This document shows positions 29,955 through 37,288 of a stretch of DNA of 64,000 nucleotides, piece by piece. The position numbers and the translations under genes are program-made. The DNA lies in contig JABFGI010000001.1 in NCBI GenBank assembly GCA_013112535.1, positions 581,243-645,242 on the forward strand. Reading direction: 5' to 3'. Origin of the DNA: Pseudomonadota bacterium. Its GTDB lineage: Bacteria > Pseudomonadota > Gammaproteobacteria > Eutrophobiales > Eutrophobiaceae. Below the pieces are notes generated by a model. That model was given only the letters and a program-made list of their open reading frames with translations. It was not told the DNA's origin and did not search any database. Within the stretch, counting starts at the first letter, position 1, and every line of letters begins with the position of its first letter.

Positions 29955-29979
29955 AATTCAAGATTCAAGACCTGACCCC
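29955..29979. repeat. IR copy R4 (reverse orientation; AATTCAAGATTCAAGACCTGACCCC), the left-end IR of the element. It also supplies the stop of the upstream lipase-like ORF.
   Basis: Exact reverse-complement core. Confidence 0.7.
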
Positions 29980-30512
29980 GTTTGCTTAAATTCATTAAGT
30001 CTATCATTGCTTTCCCAGGCTCCTTTCCCATCATTTGCAGTCGCATTCCAACTTTCGCCATTTTGTAAATGAGAATAATACTCTTCCATATCATGCAACT
30101 GGGCATAGGCAAACCCATGAAAACCTATCTCCAAATCAGCACCAAACGCATCACGTTCTTTATCACCTCCTTTACTACTTGGCTGTGACTCAGTGCTTCG
30201 AAATGAAAGGGTAAATTCACCCGTGTTTTTATTCTTTAGAACAGTCGCAGAAAAGCCACTATTGGTATTGGATAAATGATCAATCACTTCCCAGGTGGCA
30301 AAGAAGTCATCGATCATGACTTCTGTCATTTGGGTAGGGCCTTTAGTCAGTTCATCGAACTTTTGCAGATGGTCATAATGATTGCTGCCGTTAATTAATC
30401 TTTCAATAAAGTCATCATCACTTTCATTTGTAAAATCTACGCCATCCAGATAACTTTCTGCTGCATATTGTGCCAGAACAAATTCATATGTTGTGCGTAT
30501 ATCAATCGCCAT
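29958..30512 (-). pseudogene. N-terminal fragment of a class 3 lipase-like (Lipase_3 / DUF2974-type) protein, truncated by the IR/IS insertion before the GxSxG nucleophile
   Basis: Lipase_3-like blocks LAQYAAESY, SGFSATVL...FTLSFRSTES and LEIGFHGFAYA are present. There is no serine-elbow region. The ORF runs into R4. Confidence 0.4.
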
Positions 30513-31257
30513 TATCCTTCTCCTCCATTAGTGATCTCAGCTGGAATGAGCACTTTGCTTATAAAATCAACAACCATCGTGTCGTTTTTACCTTTCGGAC
30601 AGATTGTCATATCGCCTGTCTGTTCGTTTTTATAAAAAAAACCTTTTTTGATACCTAATATCTCATCAGTCTTTAATTCTTTAACAATGAGTTCGCCTTC
30701 CCACACACCATAACGTTTATCCTTTTCACTTCTGATTTCGCGCCAAGTAAATGCATATTTACTCTGCAAATCTGATATCTGCTTAGTAACATAAAGACTA
30801 CCCCAATCACTAGCAGGGCCAAAATAAGAATAACGCCAGTATTTTTCTCCTGTATCTTTAGGTTCTTCTGCAAGTTTCGTTGTAGGGAATCGCCTATCGT
30901 AAAATTTCCCCGCATTTGGTGCACGTGCTGTTTCAAGATATTGATAATAATTTCTATTTTTAGATGGATACACGAATAAACTTTCTACTTTACGTGCTTC
31001 ATAGTTCGTATGCCCATAAGGATCTTCCGGCAAATCTCCTTCTCTTAATCGTGTAAAATAATCTCGTGGATCACGCGGCCGCATCTGAAACAGCCCTTCC
31101 ACATTCTCCACCGTACGATAAATAAACTCCCCCGCATCCTGCTCACAACGAGACTGAAAATAATCCATTGAGGTTTTATTCCAATACCATCGATAAGTTG
31201 GATAGATAGCAATCAATATTCCTATAACAATAATGAATTTATTTTTGGTTAACATAA
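30512..31257 (-). CDS. Hypothetical membrane-anchored (signal-anchor) protein. The longer ORF to 31420 is an artefact of overlap with the duplicated fragment.
   Basis: Start at MLTKNKFIIVIGILIAIYPTY (signal anchor) followed by about 220 aa of hydrophilic domain; no family recognised. Confidence 0.4.
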
Positions 31258-31316
31258 ACTGGTTCCTTTTTGTGTTCCATGTATTAAATTTTTGGTCTAA
31301 GACACCACCTTGAACA

Positions 31317-31631
31317 TCAAGCCCCTTTCCCATCATTTGCAGTCGCATTCCAACTTTCGCCATTTTGTAAATGGGAATAATATTCTTCCATATCATGCAA
31401 CTGGGCATAAGCAAAACCATGAAAACCTATCTCCAAATCAGCACCAAACGCATCACGTTCTTTATCACCTCCTTTACTACTTGGCTGTGACTCAGTGCTT
31501 CGAAATGAAAGGGTGAATTCACCCGTGTTTTTATTCTTTAGAACAGTCGCAGAAAAGCCACTATTGGTATTGGATAAATGATCAATCACTTCCCAGGTGG
31601 CAAAGAAGTCATCGATCATGACTTCTGTCAT
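31317..31631 (-). pseudogene. Duplicate (about 98% identity) of the 3' two-thirds of the lipase-like fragment gene at 29958-30512; its 5' end is cut by IR copy R5
   Basis: 104 aa identical to residues 62-165 of the 184-aa ORF; about 325-bp direct DNA repeat. Confidence 0.55.
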
Positions 31632-31651
31632 TTGTCTCTAGGGTCTCTCTA

Positions 31652-31868
31652 GGGTCAGGTCTTGAATCTTGAATTTATTCATACCATCTCTTCCTCATAT
31701 TTTTTTATAATTTTACTCACGGTGCTGTAATGCAGTCCAAAATAGTTAGCTATTTCTTTTTGGGAGTATGTGTCATCTTTATAAGCAGCAAAAATATCTT
31801 TTTTATAAATTTTTATCATTCTTAAATACCTTCTTAATAGTTCAATTCAAGATTCAAGACCTGACCCC
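31652..31868 (-). mobile_element. Deleted (MITE/REPIN-like) derivative of the IS/REPtron. Inverted IR copies R5 (31652-31682) and R6 (31846-31868) flank a 46-codon remnant of the transposase C-terminal HTH (31686-31826).
   Basis: Remnant encodes MIKIYKKDIFAAYKDDTYSQKEIANYFGLHYSTVSKIIKKYEEEMV. The same ATACCATCTCTTCCTCATATTTTT tail follows R3 and R5. Confidence 0.55.
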
Positions 31869-32181
31869 ATAGAGACCCCATAGATTGTTCTGTAAAGGCA
31901 TAAGGTGGATAACGCCGACCGCCGCGTTGACTTGAGATCCCAAAATGGGATCTCAAACTTTCGTGTTCTTCTTCGCTAAGCTGAAACATAAAATCTTCCG
32001 GAAAACGTTCTATATTTCTTTTCACGGCTCTGGTTAGAATTCTAGTTTCAACCTCATATAGACTTGCCAAATCAGCATCTAACAAAACTTTTTGACCACG
32101 TATAAATAAAATGCTGTTGGCTATACTTTGCAAAGGTATCAGCTTAGTTGTTGAAGTGATTTTCTTTTTCTTAGCCATCAT
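31834..32181 (-). pseudogene. ORF6N (KilA-N-like) DNA-binding domain protein, C-terminally truncated and fused to IR copy R6
   Basis: ORF6N core [42 protein letters not shown]...[14 protein letters not shown]. The last 10 codons ([11 protein letters not shown]) are encoded by the IR. Start overlaps the hlyD stop. Confidence 0.6.
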
Positions 32182-33518
32182 TACCTCTCCCTGACACTCT
32201 CATCCTTATAACGAAGCAAAGGACTTAATAGATATTCTATTAAACGTCGTTTACCAAGATTAACTTCGACTGTTACCGCCATGCCGGGCGTTAGGTTGAC
32301 TATCTTTTCTTTTACTTGCATTGTTGTTTGATGCATCTTGACACGCATGGCATAGACCAGCCCCAGGTTTTCATCCGGTGTTGCGTCATTTGAAACGTTT
32401 AATATTTCCGCATCGACTAATCCGTACTTAGTAAACGGAAAAGTTTCGACTTTAATGGCAGCTGCCTGTCCTTCTTGAACGAAACCAATGTCTTTATTCG
32501 GCAACCATGCTTCGACTTCAACCGGATCATCATGCGGTATAATGTGCATGAGTTCTTGTGCAGGCGTGACAACACCACCAATCGTATGTATCGCCAACTG
32601 GTGCACTGTGCCTGTAACAGGAGATGTTAAATTTTGTAAGGTAACGCGTTTATCAGCTTTAATGACTTCCTGATTAAATGCCGAGATACGATTTTCGATA
32701 TCAGTGAGTTCGGTCAATAGTGTTTTTTCAAACTCGGCTTTTTGTGCGGCGAGTCGTTGATTGATATTAGCTATAGCTGAATCCACCATGCGTGAATTAT
32801 TTTTTTGTACATTACGTTCTTGTACTTGTTCGATGCGTTCTTGCTCTAACTCCAGCCACTGCACACGTGGCACCATGTTGTCTTTTAATAAATCTTTGAG
32901 TGATTTTGCTCTTTCTGTAATAAGCGGGATGGTTGAATCGAGTTGTTTGATACGTTCGGCTGTTGCGCTGTGCTCTGCCTGGCGTTGTTTTTTTTCGTCT
33001 TTTAGGGCTTCAAGTAAGGAATAATATTCATGCAATTGTTTCTCAACTCTGTCTTGTTGTAATTTTATTTGTGCTGGAGTTGCATCACTTAATTCCGAGA
33101 ATGTATCTTTTTCTGCTTTACCATCTACTTTATTAAGAATGGTTTGTATACGTGCCCGATCCAGTTTTAATGCAAGCTGTTGATCTTTAGTCTGCATTTG
33201 ATCAGCATCCGTTAAGGTTGGATCAAGTTCAATTAACACGTCACCGGCTTGAACATGGTCACCTTCTTTAACATATATCTCTCTGACGATACCTGTTTCG
33301 AGCGGCTGAATAATCTTCACACGACTACTTGGGACAATCTTTCCCATCGCTACGCTGACAATATCAATTTGACCGATGCATGCCCATGCAACGCCAATAC
33401 TAAAAAAAGTCACTATCGCCCAGACAATATAACGTGCCATCGGTAACGGTGGTGTTTGCTGGATTTCTAACGCAGCAGGTAGAAATTCAAGTTCGTTATT
33501 TGTAATTTGGCTTTTCAT
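32181..33518 (-). CDS. Type I secretion periplasmic adaptor (HlyD family)
   Basis: 445 aa; N-terminal cytoplasmic and TM segment, long coiled-coil, lipoyl and beta-barrel motifs typical of HlyD. Confidence 0.85.
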   Translation of the reverse strand: MKSQITNNELEFLPAALEIQQTPPLPMARYIVWAIVTFFSIGVAWACIGQIDIVSVAMGKIVPSSRVKIIQPLETGIVREIYVKEGDHVQAGDVLIELDPTLTDADQMQTKDQQLALKLDRARIQTILNKVDGKAEKDTFSELSDATPAQIKLQQDRVEKQLHEYYSLLEALKDEKKQRQAEHSATAERIKQLDSTIPLITERAKSLKDLLKDNMVPRVQWLELEQERIEQVQERNVQKNNSRMVDSAIANINQRLAAQKAEFEKTLLTELTDIENRISAFNQEVIKADKRVTLQNLTSPVTGTVHQLAIHTIGGVVTPAQELMHIIPHDDPVEVEAWLPNKDIGFVQEGQAAAIKVETFPFTKYGLVDAEILNVSNDATPDENLGLVYAMRVKMHQTTMQVKEKIVNLTPGMAVTVEVNLGKRRLIEYLLSPLLRYKDESVRER

Positions 33519-33583
33519 ATTATATGGCTATATTTATGTATTTTTATATTGCTATTAATATGGCTATTTACTAGACTCAAACT

Positions 33584-33868
33584 ATGGGCAAGGAAAGCTT
33601 TGAATGGGATACGGAAAAGGATCTCAAAAACCAGTTGAAACATGGCGTTTCGTTCGAAGAAGCGCAATTGGTCTTTAAGGACCCAAATAAAGTAATTTTG
33701 CGAGATAAAACACACAGTATTAATGAAGAGCGACATTTTTGCATTGGTAAAACAGATGAAATTATTCTGACTGTTAGATTCACCTATAGAGAAAACAGAA
33801 TACGAATTATTGGCGCCGGGGCATGGCGTAGAGGTAAAAAACTTTATGAAGAAAAAAATAGAATATAG
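33584..33868 (+). CDS. brnT: BrnT-family ribonuclease toxin (DUF497)
   Basis: FEWDxxKxxxNxxKHGVSFEEAxxVFxDP motif; 94 aa; overlaps the brnA start. Confidence 0.75.
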   Translation: MGKESFEWDTEKDLKNQLKHGVSFEEAQLVFKDPNKVILRDKTHSINEERHFCIGKTDEIILTVRFTYRENRIRIIGAGAWRRGKKLYEEKNRI

Positions 33869-34094
33869 TGATCTTCCTCCTGGAGATGAACCGATCGGTG
33901 AGTTAGAAATTATCGAAGATTTTCTACCTCCACCTGAGGAACTCGTATTTAAAAAAGATAATACTAAAATTACCATTGCTTTAAGTCGCTCCAGTGTTGA
34001 GTTCTTTAAAAAGGAAGCAAAAAAACATCACACGCAATATCAAAAGATGATTCGTAATCTTCTTGATGAGTATGTTGCTCGCCATGATTCTTAA
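33846..34094 (+). CDS. brnA: BrnA antitoxin (RHH/CopG-like); start at internal Met MKKKIEY
   Basis: C-terminal ITIALSRSSVEFFKKEA...YQKMIRNLLDEYV matches the BrnA pattern; toxin-first overlapping arrangement. Confidence 0.65.
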   Translation: MKKKIEYSDLPPGDEPIGELEIIEDFLPPPEELVFKKDNTKITIALSRSSVEFFKKEAKKHHTQYQKMIRNLLDEYVARHDS

Positions 34095-34114
34095 ATAGTT
34101 TATCAATCTTGAAT

Positions 34115-36256
34115 TCATGTTGGCGCCACCATGCCTAATTGATGAGAATAAAGCTTGTTGTAATACCCTTGTAACTCCATTAACTCAGCATGTGTTCCAC
34201 CTTCAACGATCTGCCCTTTATCGATCACAATAATATTGTCGGCTTCTCGAACAGCACTAAGTCTATGTGCAATAATAAAAACCGTTCGCCCTTTACAGAT
34301 GTAACGCATGTTTTGATGAATGATATGCTCGGATTCATAATCCAATGCACTGGTGGCTTCATCAAAGATTAAAACTTTGGGATTCGTAATCAGTGCGCGC
34401 GCAATAGCAATGCGCTGGCGTTGGCCACCGGAAAGATTACAGCCGTGTTCGCCAACTTCATTGTCATAGCCTTCAGGTAGTTCGAGTATAAATTCATGTG
34501 CGCCTGCCATCTTGGCTGCTTGTACGACGCGCTCCATTGGCATGGCCGGATCGCTTAATGAGATATTTTCGCGAACGGAACGATTAAAGAGAAAGTTTTC
34601 CTGTAGAACGACACCGATATTGCGTCTTAACCAAACGGTATCGACCATGGCGAGATCTACACCATCGACTAACACGCGGCCACTTTGCGGAACATATAAA
34701 CGTTGAATGAGTTTAGTTAAGGTACTTTTACCCGAGCCCGAACGACCAACAATACCAATCACTTTGCCCGCAGGCACATGCAACGACACGTTGCGTAAAA
34801 TTTCCGGACTATCAGGACGGTATCGAAACGTTACGCCTTCAAAAGTAACTCGTCCTTCCAGCTCTGGTAAGGAGGCACGACCGGGACTATACGCAGGTTC
34901 AGGTTGCGCATTTAAAATATCGCCTAATCGTTCAACTGATATTCCTGCTTGCTGAAACTCTTGCCAGAGTTGTACCAAGCGCAATATAGGACCACTGACA
35001 CGACCGGCTAACATATTAAAGGCAACTAATTGTCCAACTGATAACTCGCCATTAATAACTAAACGCGCACCTACCCACAATATAAGGAGCACTGTCACTT
35101 TATTAATAAAGGAAGCTATCTGACTGGCAATATTACCCAGGTTAGTTGCTTTGAAACTCGATGAAACATAACCGGCAAGTTGTTCTTCCCATTGTCGCTG
35201 GCTTTGTGGCTCTACGGCACTGGTTTTAATTGTTTCAAATCCATTTACGGATTCGACTAAAAAGGATTGATTTTCTGCGCCGCGATTAAATTTCTCATGC
35301 AAACGTGCTCGCAAGATGGGAGTAATGATGATTGCAAGAATAATATAAAACGGAATAGCGCCGAGCACGACATAGGTTAAGACAGGACTATAAAGATACA
35401 TGACGGCAAAAAAGACAAGCGTAAAAAATAAATCAATCACCAGCGTTAACGCTGAGCCCGTAATAAAGTTTCTAATACTATCCAATTCCCTGACTCGTGC
35501 GACAATATTACCGACTCGCCGAGCTTCAAAATAACTTAAAGGGAGACGCATCAGGTGCCGAAACAAATCGGCGCCTAACGTCACATCGATGCGACTGGTG
35601 GTATGAGAAAACACATACGTTCGTAACGCATTCAATATCACATCAAATAATGAAACAACAAGTAAACCAAAAGCCAGCACATCGAGCGTGGTTAATCCTC
35701 GATGAACTAATACTTTATCAATAACAACTTGGAAGAATAGCGGAGTAATCAGTGCAAAAATTTGTATAAAGAATGAAGCTAATAAAACTTCTAGCAGGAG
35801 CTTCTTATATTTAAGTATCGCCGGAATAAACCAGGAAAAATCAAACTTCTTTAACTCAGCAAGAATCCCGGCACGCTTTGTAACCAGTATAAGATGACCA
35901 TTCCAACGCACTTGAAACTCTTCAACAGTTAAACTTTCCGGACCTTGATTAAGCGGGTCTTGAATAAGAACTTTATCTTCTACCTGTTGCGCCAGAATAA
36001 AGTAATGGCCGTCCTTGTGCTGGGCGATAGCGGGAAGCCGGGTTTTGGCAATTCTTTCTTGAGTACTGGATATGGCCTTTGCCTTCAGGCCGACCGATTT
36101 TGCCCCGCGCAGAATTTCTGACTCGGTAAAATGCTGCCCTGATTGTCCGTAATGATGTTTGAGCTGCCCCGGATCGGCTGGCATACCATGCAGTCGCGAC
36201 AGCATGACTAGACAGACCAATCCTGAGTCTACCTGCTCAGGAACTTCCTGATCCAA
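34115..36256 (-). CDS. Type I secretion ABC transporter (HlyB family) with N-terminal degenerate C39-like domain (CLD)
   Basis: 713 aa. N-terminal CLD with DSGLVCLVML, where Ser replaces the catalytic Cys of the C39 CG motif as in RTX exporters. 6-TM domain. Walker A GRSGSGKST, signature LSGGQRQR, Walker B ILIFDEATSALD. Confidence 0.9.
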   Translation of the reverse strand: MDQEVPEQVDSGLVCLVMLSRLHGMPADPGQLKHHYGQSGQHFTESEILRGAKSVGLKAKAISSTQERIAKTRLPAIAQHKDGHYFILAQQVEDKVLIQDPLNQGPESLTVEEFQVRWNGHLILVTKRAGILAELKKFDFSWFIPAILKYKKLLLEVLLASFFIQIFALITPLFFQVVIDKVLVHRGLTTLDVLAFGLLVVSLFDVILNALRTYVFSHTTSRIDVTLGADLFRHLMRLPLSYFEARRVGNIVARVRELDSIRNFITGSALTLVIDLFFTLVFFAVMYLYSPVLTYVVLGAIPFYIILAIIITPILRARLHEKFNRGAENQSFLVESVNGFETIKTSAVEPQSQRQWEEQLAGYVSSSFKATNLGNIASQIASFINKVTVLLILWVGARLVINGELSVGQLVAFNMLAGRVSGPILRLVQLWQEFQQAGISVERLGDILNAQPEPAYSPGRASLPELEGRVTFEGVTFRYRPDSPEILRNVSLHVPAGKVIGIVGRSGSGKSTLTKLIQRLYVPQSGRVLVDGVDLAMVDTVWLRRNIGVVLQENFLFNRSVRENISLSDPAMPMERVVQAAKMAGAHEFILELPEGYDNEVGEHGCNLSGGQRQRIAIARALITNPKVLIFDEATSALDYESEHIIHQNMRYICKGRTVFIIAHRLSAVREADNIIVIDKGQIVEGGTHAELMELQGYYNKLYSHQLGMVAPT

Positions 36257-36521
36257 ATCCTTTCCCCGTATTCCCTAATTATTATTAAGCCCTCTTTCTT
36301 GAAGGCCTTTCAAACCACAAACTGTATCAGATTAACGACAGAATACATATCCCCTCAGATATCATATTAAATGTGTTTTTGACTACTTTAGTGGAGGTAT
36401 ATATAAGGAGAAATATTCTTATAAAGAAGCTATATTTATTTGATTTTATTGAATAATTATGAGCTTCAAATATCAGAGCTTCTGAGGTAAACGATTTTTT
36501 ATTTAAAAACTCAAATAACGA

Positions 36522-36543
36522 TTATGTGATGCACATCACATAA
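36522..36543. promoter_or_regulatory. CRP/Vfr-type palindrome TTATGTGATGCACATCACATAA (TGTGA-N6-TCACA) about 270 bp upstream of the T1SS ABC gene
   Basis: Perfect 10-bp inverted arms with a 2-bp centre; matches the CRP half-site consensus. Confidence 0.35.
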
Positions 36544-36640
36544 CTTGTTCTAATGTTGAGTAGTACTCGATATTAGATAGATTTAGGCAAGCAAGAGCCA
36601 TCCTTACATATACTTGATCAAAAAAACGTTTTTCTACAAA

Positions 36641-36971
36641 TGGTGCCCGGGGCCGGAATCGAACCGGCACGCCTGTTAAGGCGAGGGATTTTCTTACCAA
36701 CTACTATTTTCATAGCTGCATTACTTAAAACGCATTTGTGGTCTGGACTTTCTCTTTACCTTATTTTAAAAATCAAACGTAGGCAGGAGCCGTCAAGTCT
36801 CTACACTTTACTTAGCATCTATAAATCTAAACTAAGGCTTAGCTCGGGATTGCCACCACCATTTTCATGCTGAGGTTTCCCCGAATTTGACTCCATTCAC
36901 ACCAAGCGTTTCCGACCTGGGTGCTCAAATTATTCTAAGTCCCTTGCGTCTACCAATTCCGCCACCCGGGC
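36641..36971 (-). tRNA. leuZ: tRNA-Leu(UAA) interrupted by a 244-nt group I intron between anticodon positions U34 and A35. Exon 1 is 36937-36971, exon 2 is 36641-36692, and the spliced tRNA is 87 nt.
   Basis: Exons give GCCCGGGTGGCGGAATTGGTAGACGCAAGGGACTT|AAAATCCCTCGCCTTAACAGGCGTGCCGGTTCGATTCCGGCCCCGGGCACCA, with a long Leu-type variable arm. The E. coli-like order pgsA-glyW-cysT-leuZ is preserved. Confidence 0.75.
36693..36936 (-). ncRNA. Group I (IC3-like) self-splicing intron within tRNA-Leu(UAA)
   Basis: Conserved cores GTCAAATTCGGGGAAACC, GGCAATCCCGAGCTAAGCC and GTGTAGAGACTTGACGGCTCCTGCCTACG, closely resembling the Azoarcus/cyanobacterial tRNA introns. The 5' exon ends in U and the intron ends in G (omega-G). 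Confidence 0.7.
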
Positions 36972-37005
36972 TAATGGGTGATATTACATTAAGAAAGATA
37001 AATTT

Positions 37006-37079
37006 TGGAGGCTGAGCCCGGAATTGAACCGAGGTACACGGTTTTGCAAACCGCTGCATAACCACTCTGCCACTCAGCC
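37006..37079 (-). tRNA. cysT: tRNA-Cys(GCA)
   Basis: GGCTGAGTGGCAGAGTGGTTATGCAGCGGTTTGCAAAACCGTGTACCTCGGTTCAATTCCGGGCTCAGCCTCCA. Confidence 0.9.
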
Positions 37080-37125
37080 AGACTCGCTTAAATTTACTTT
37101 TTTAACGATTCTTTTTTTAGAATAT

Positions 37126-37150
37126 AAAAACCCCGGAATAGCCGGGGTTT
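37126..37150 (-). terminator. GC-rich hairpin CCCCGG-CTATT-CCGGGG followed by T5 (minus strand) between tRNA-Gly and tRNA-Cys. Possibly a terminator, attenuator or processing site.
   Basis: 6-bp GC stem plus U-tract on the transcribed strand. Confidence 0.4.
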
Positions 37151-37158
37151 CCAAATTC

Positions 37159-37233
37159 TGGAGCGGGAAACGAGATTCGAACTCGCGACCCCAACCTTGG
37201 CAAGGTTGTGCTCTACCACTGAGCTATTCCCGC
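37159..37233 (-). tRNA. glyW: tRNA-Gly(GCC)
   Basis: GCGGGAATAGCTCAGTGGTAGAGCACAACCTTGCCAAGGTTGGGGTCGCGAGTTCGAATCTCGTTTCCCGCTCCA. Confidence 0.9.
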
Positions 37234-37288
37234 AAAAAAGAGCGCCTATTGTAGCCACGGCGATTGTTCTGTCAATCAAATTACGGAT

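Larger units (their letters stand above)
28988..29979 (-). mobile_element. About 990-bp IS/REPtron-like element: a single Y1-HUH (IS200-like) transposase gene flanked by 24-bp perfect inverted repeats
   Basis: R3 and R4 are in inverted orientation, bracketing ORF 29015-29944; other IR copies and a deleted derivative lie nearby. Confidence 0.6.

Noticed and set aside
31293-31324. Possible seventh, degenerate IR copy (GGTCTAAGACACCACCTTGAACATCAAGCCCC)
   Set aside because: It has only a loose resemblance (TTGAA...CAAG...CCCC) to the 24-bp core. There are too many mismatches to call.
33515-33976. 153-aa minus-strand ORF
   Set aside because: It is antisense to the brnT-brnA pair and is low-complexity.
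14384-36640. The whole adhesin/T1SS block as a tRNA-Leu-integrated genomic island
   Set aside because: It is suggestive (a tRNA at one edge, a TA pair at the other), but there is no integrase at the edges and no direct repeat of the tRNA 3' end is visible. It is kept only as context in the findings, not called as a feature.
36640-36873. 77-aa plus-strand ORF
   Set aside because: It lies entirely within the tRNA-Leu gene and its group I intron on the opposite strand.
37024-37279. ORFs 37024-37254 (+) and 37094-37279 (-)
   Set aside because: They overlap tRNA-Cys, tRNA-Gly and the intervening hairpin. The tRNA calls explain the sequence.
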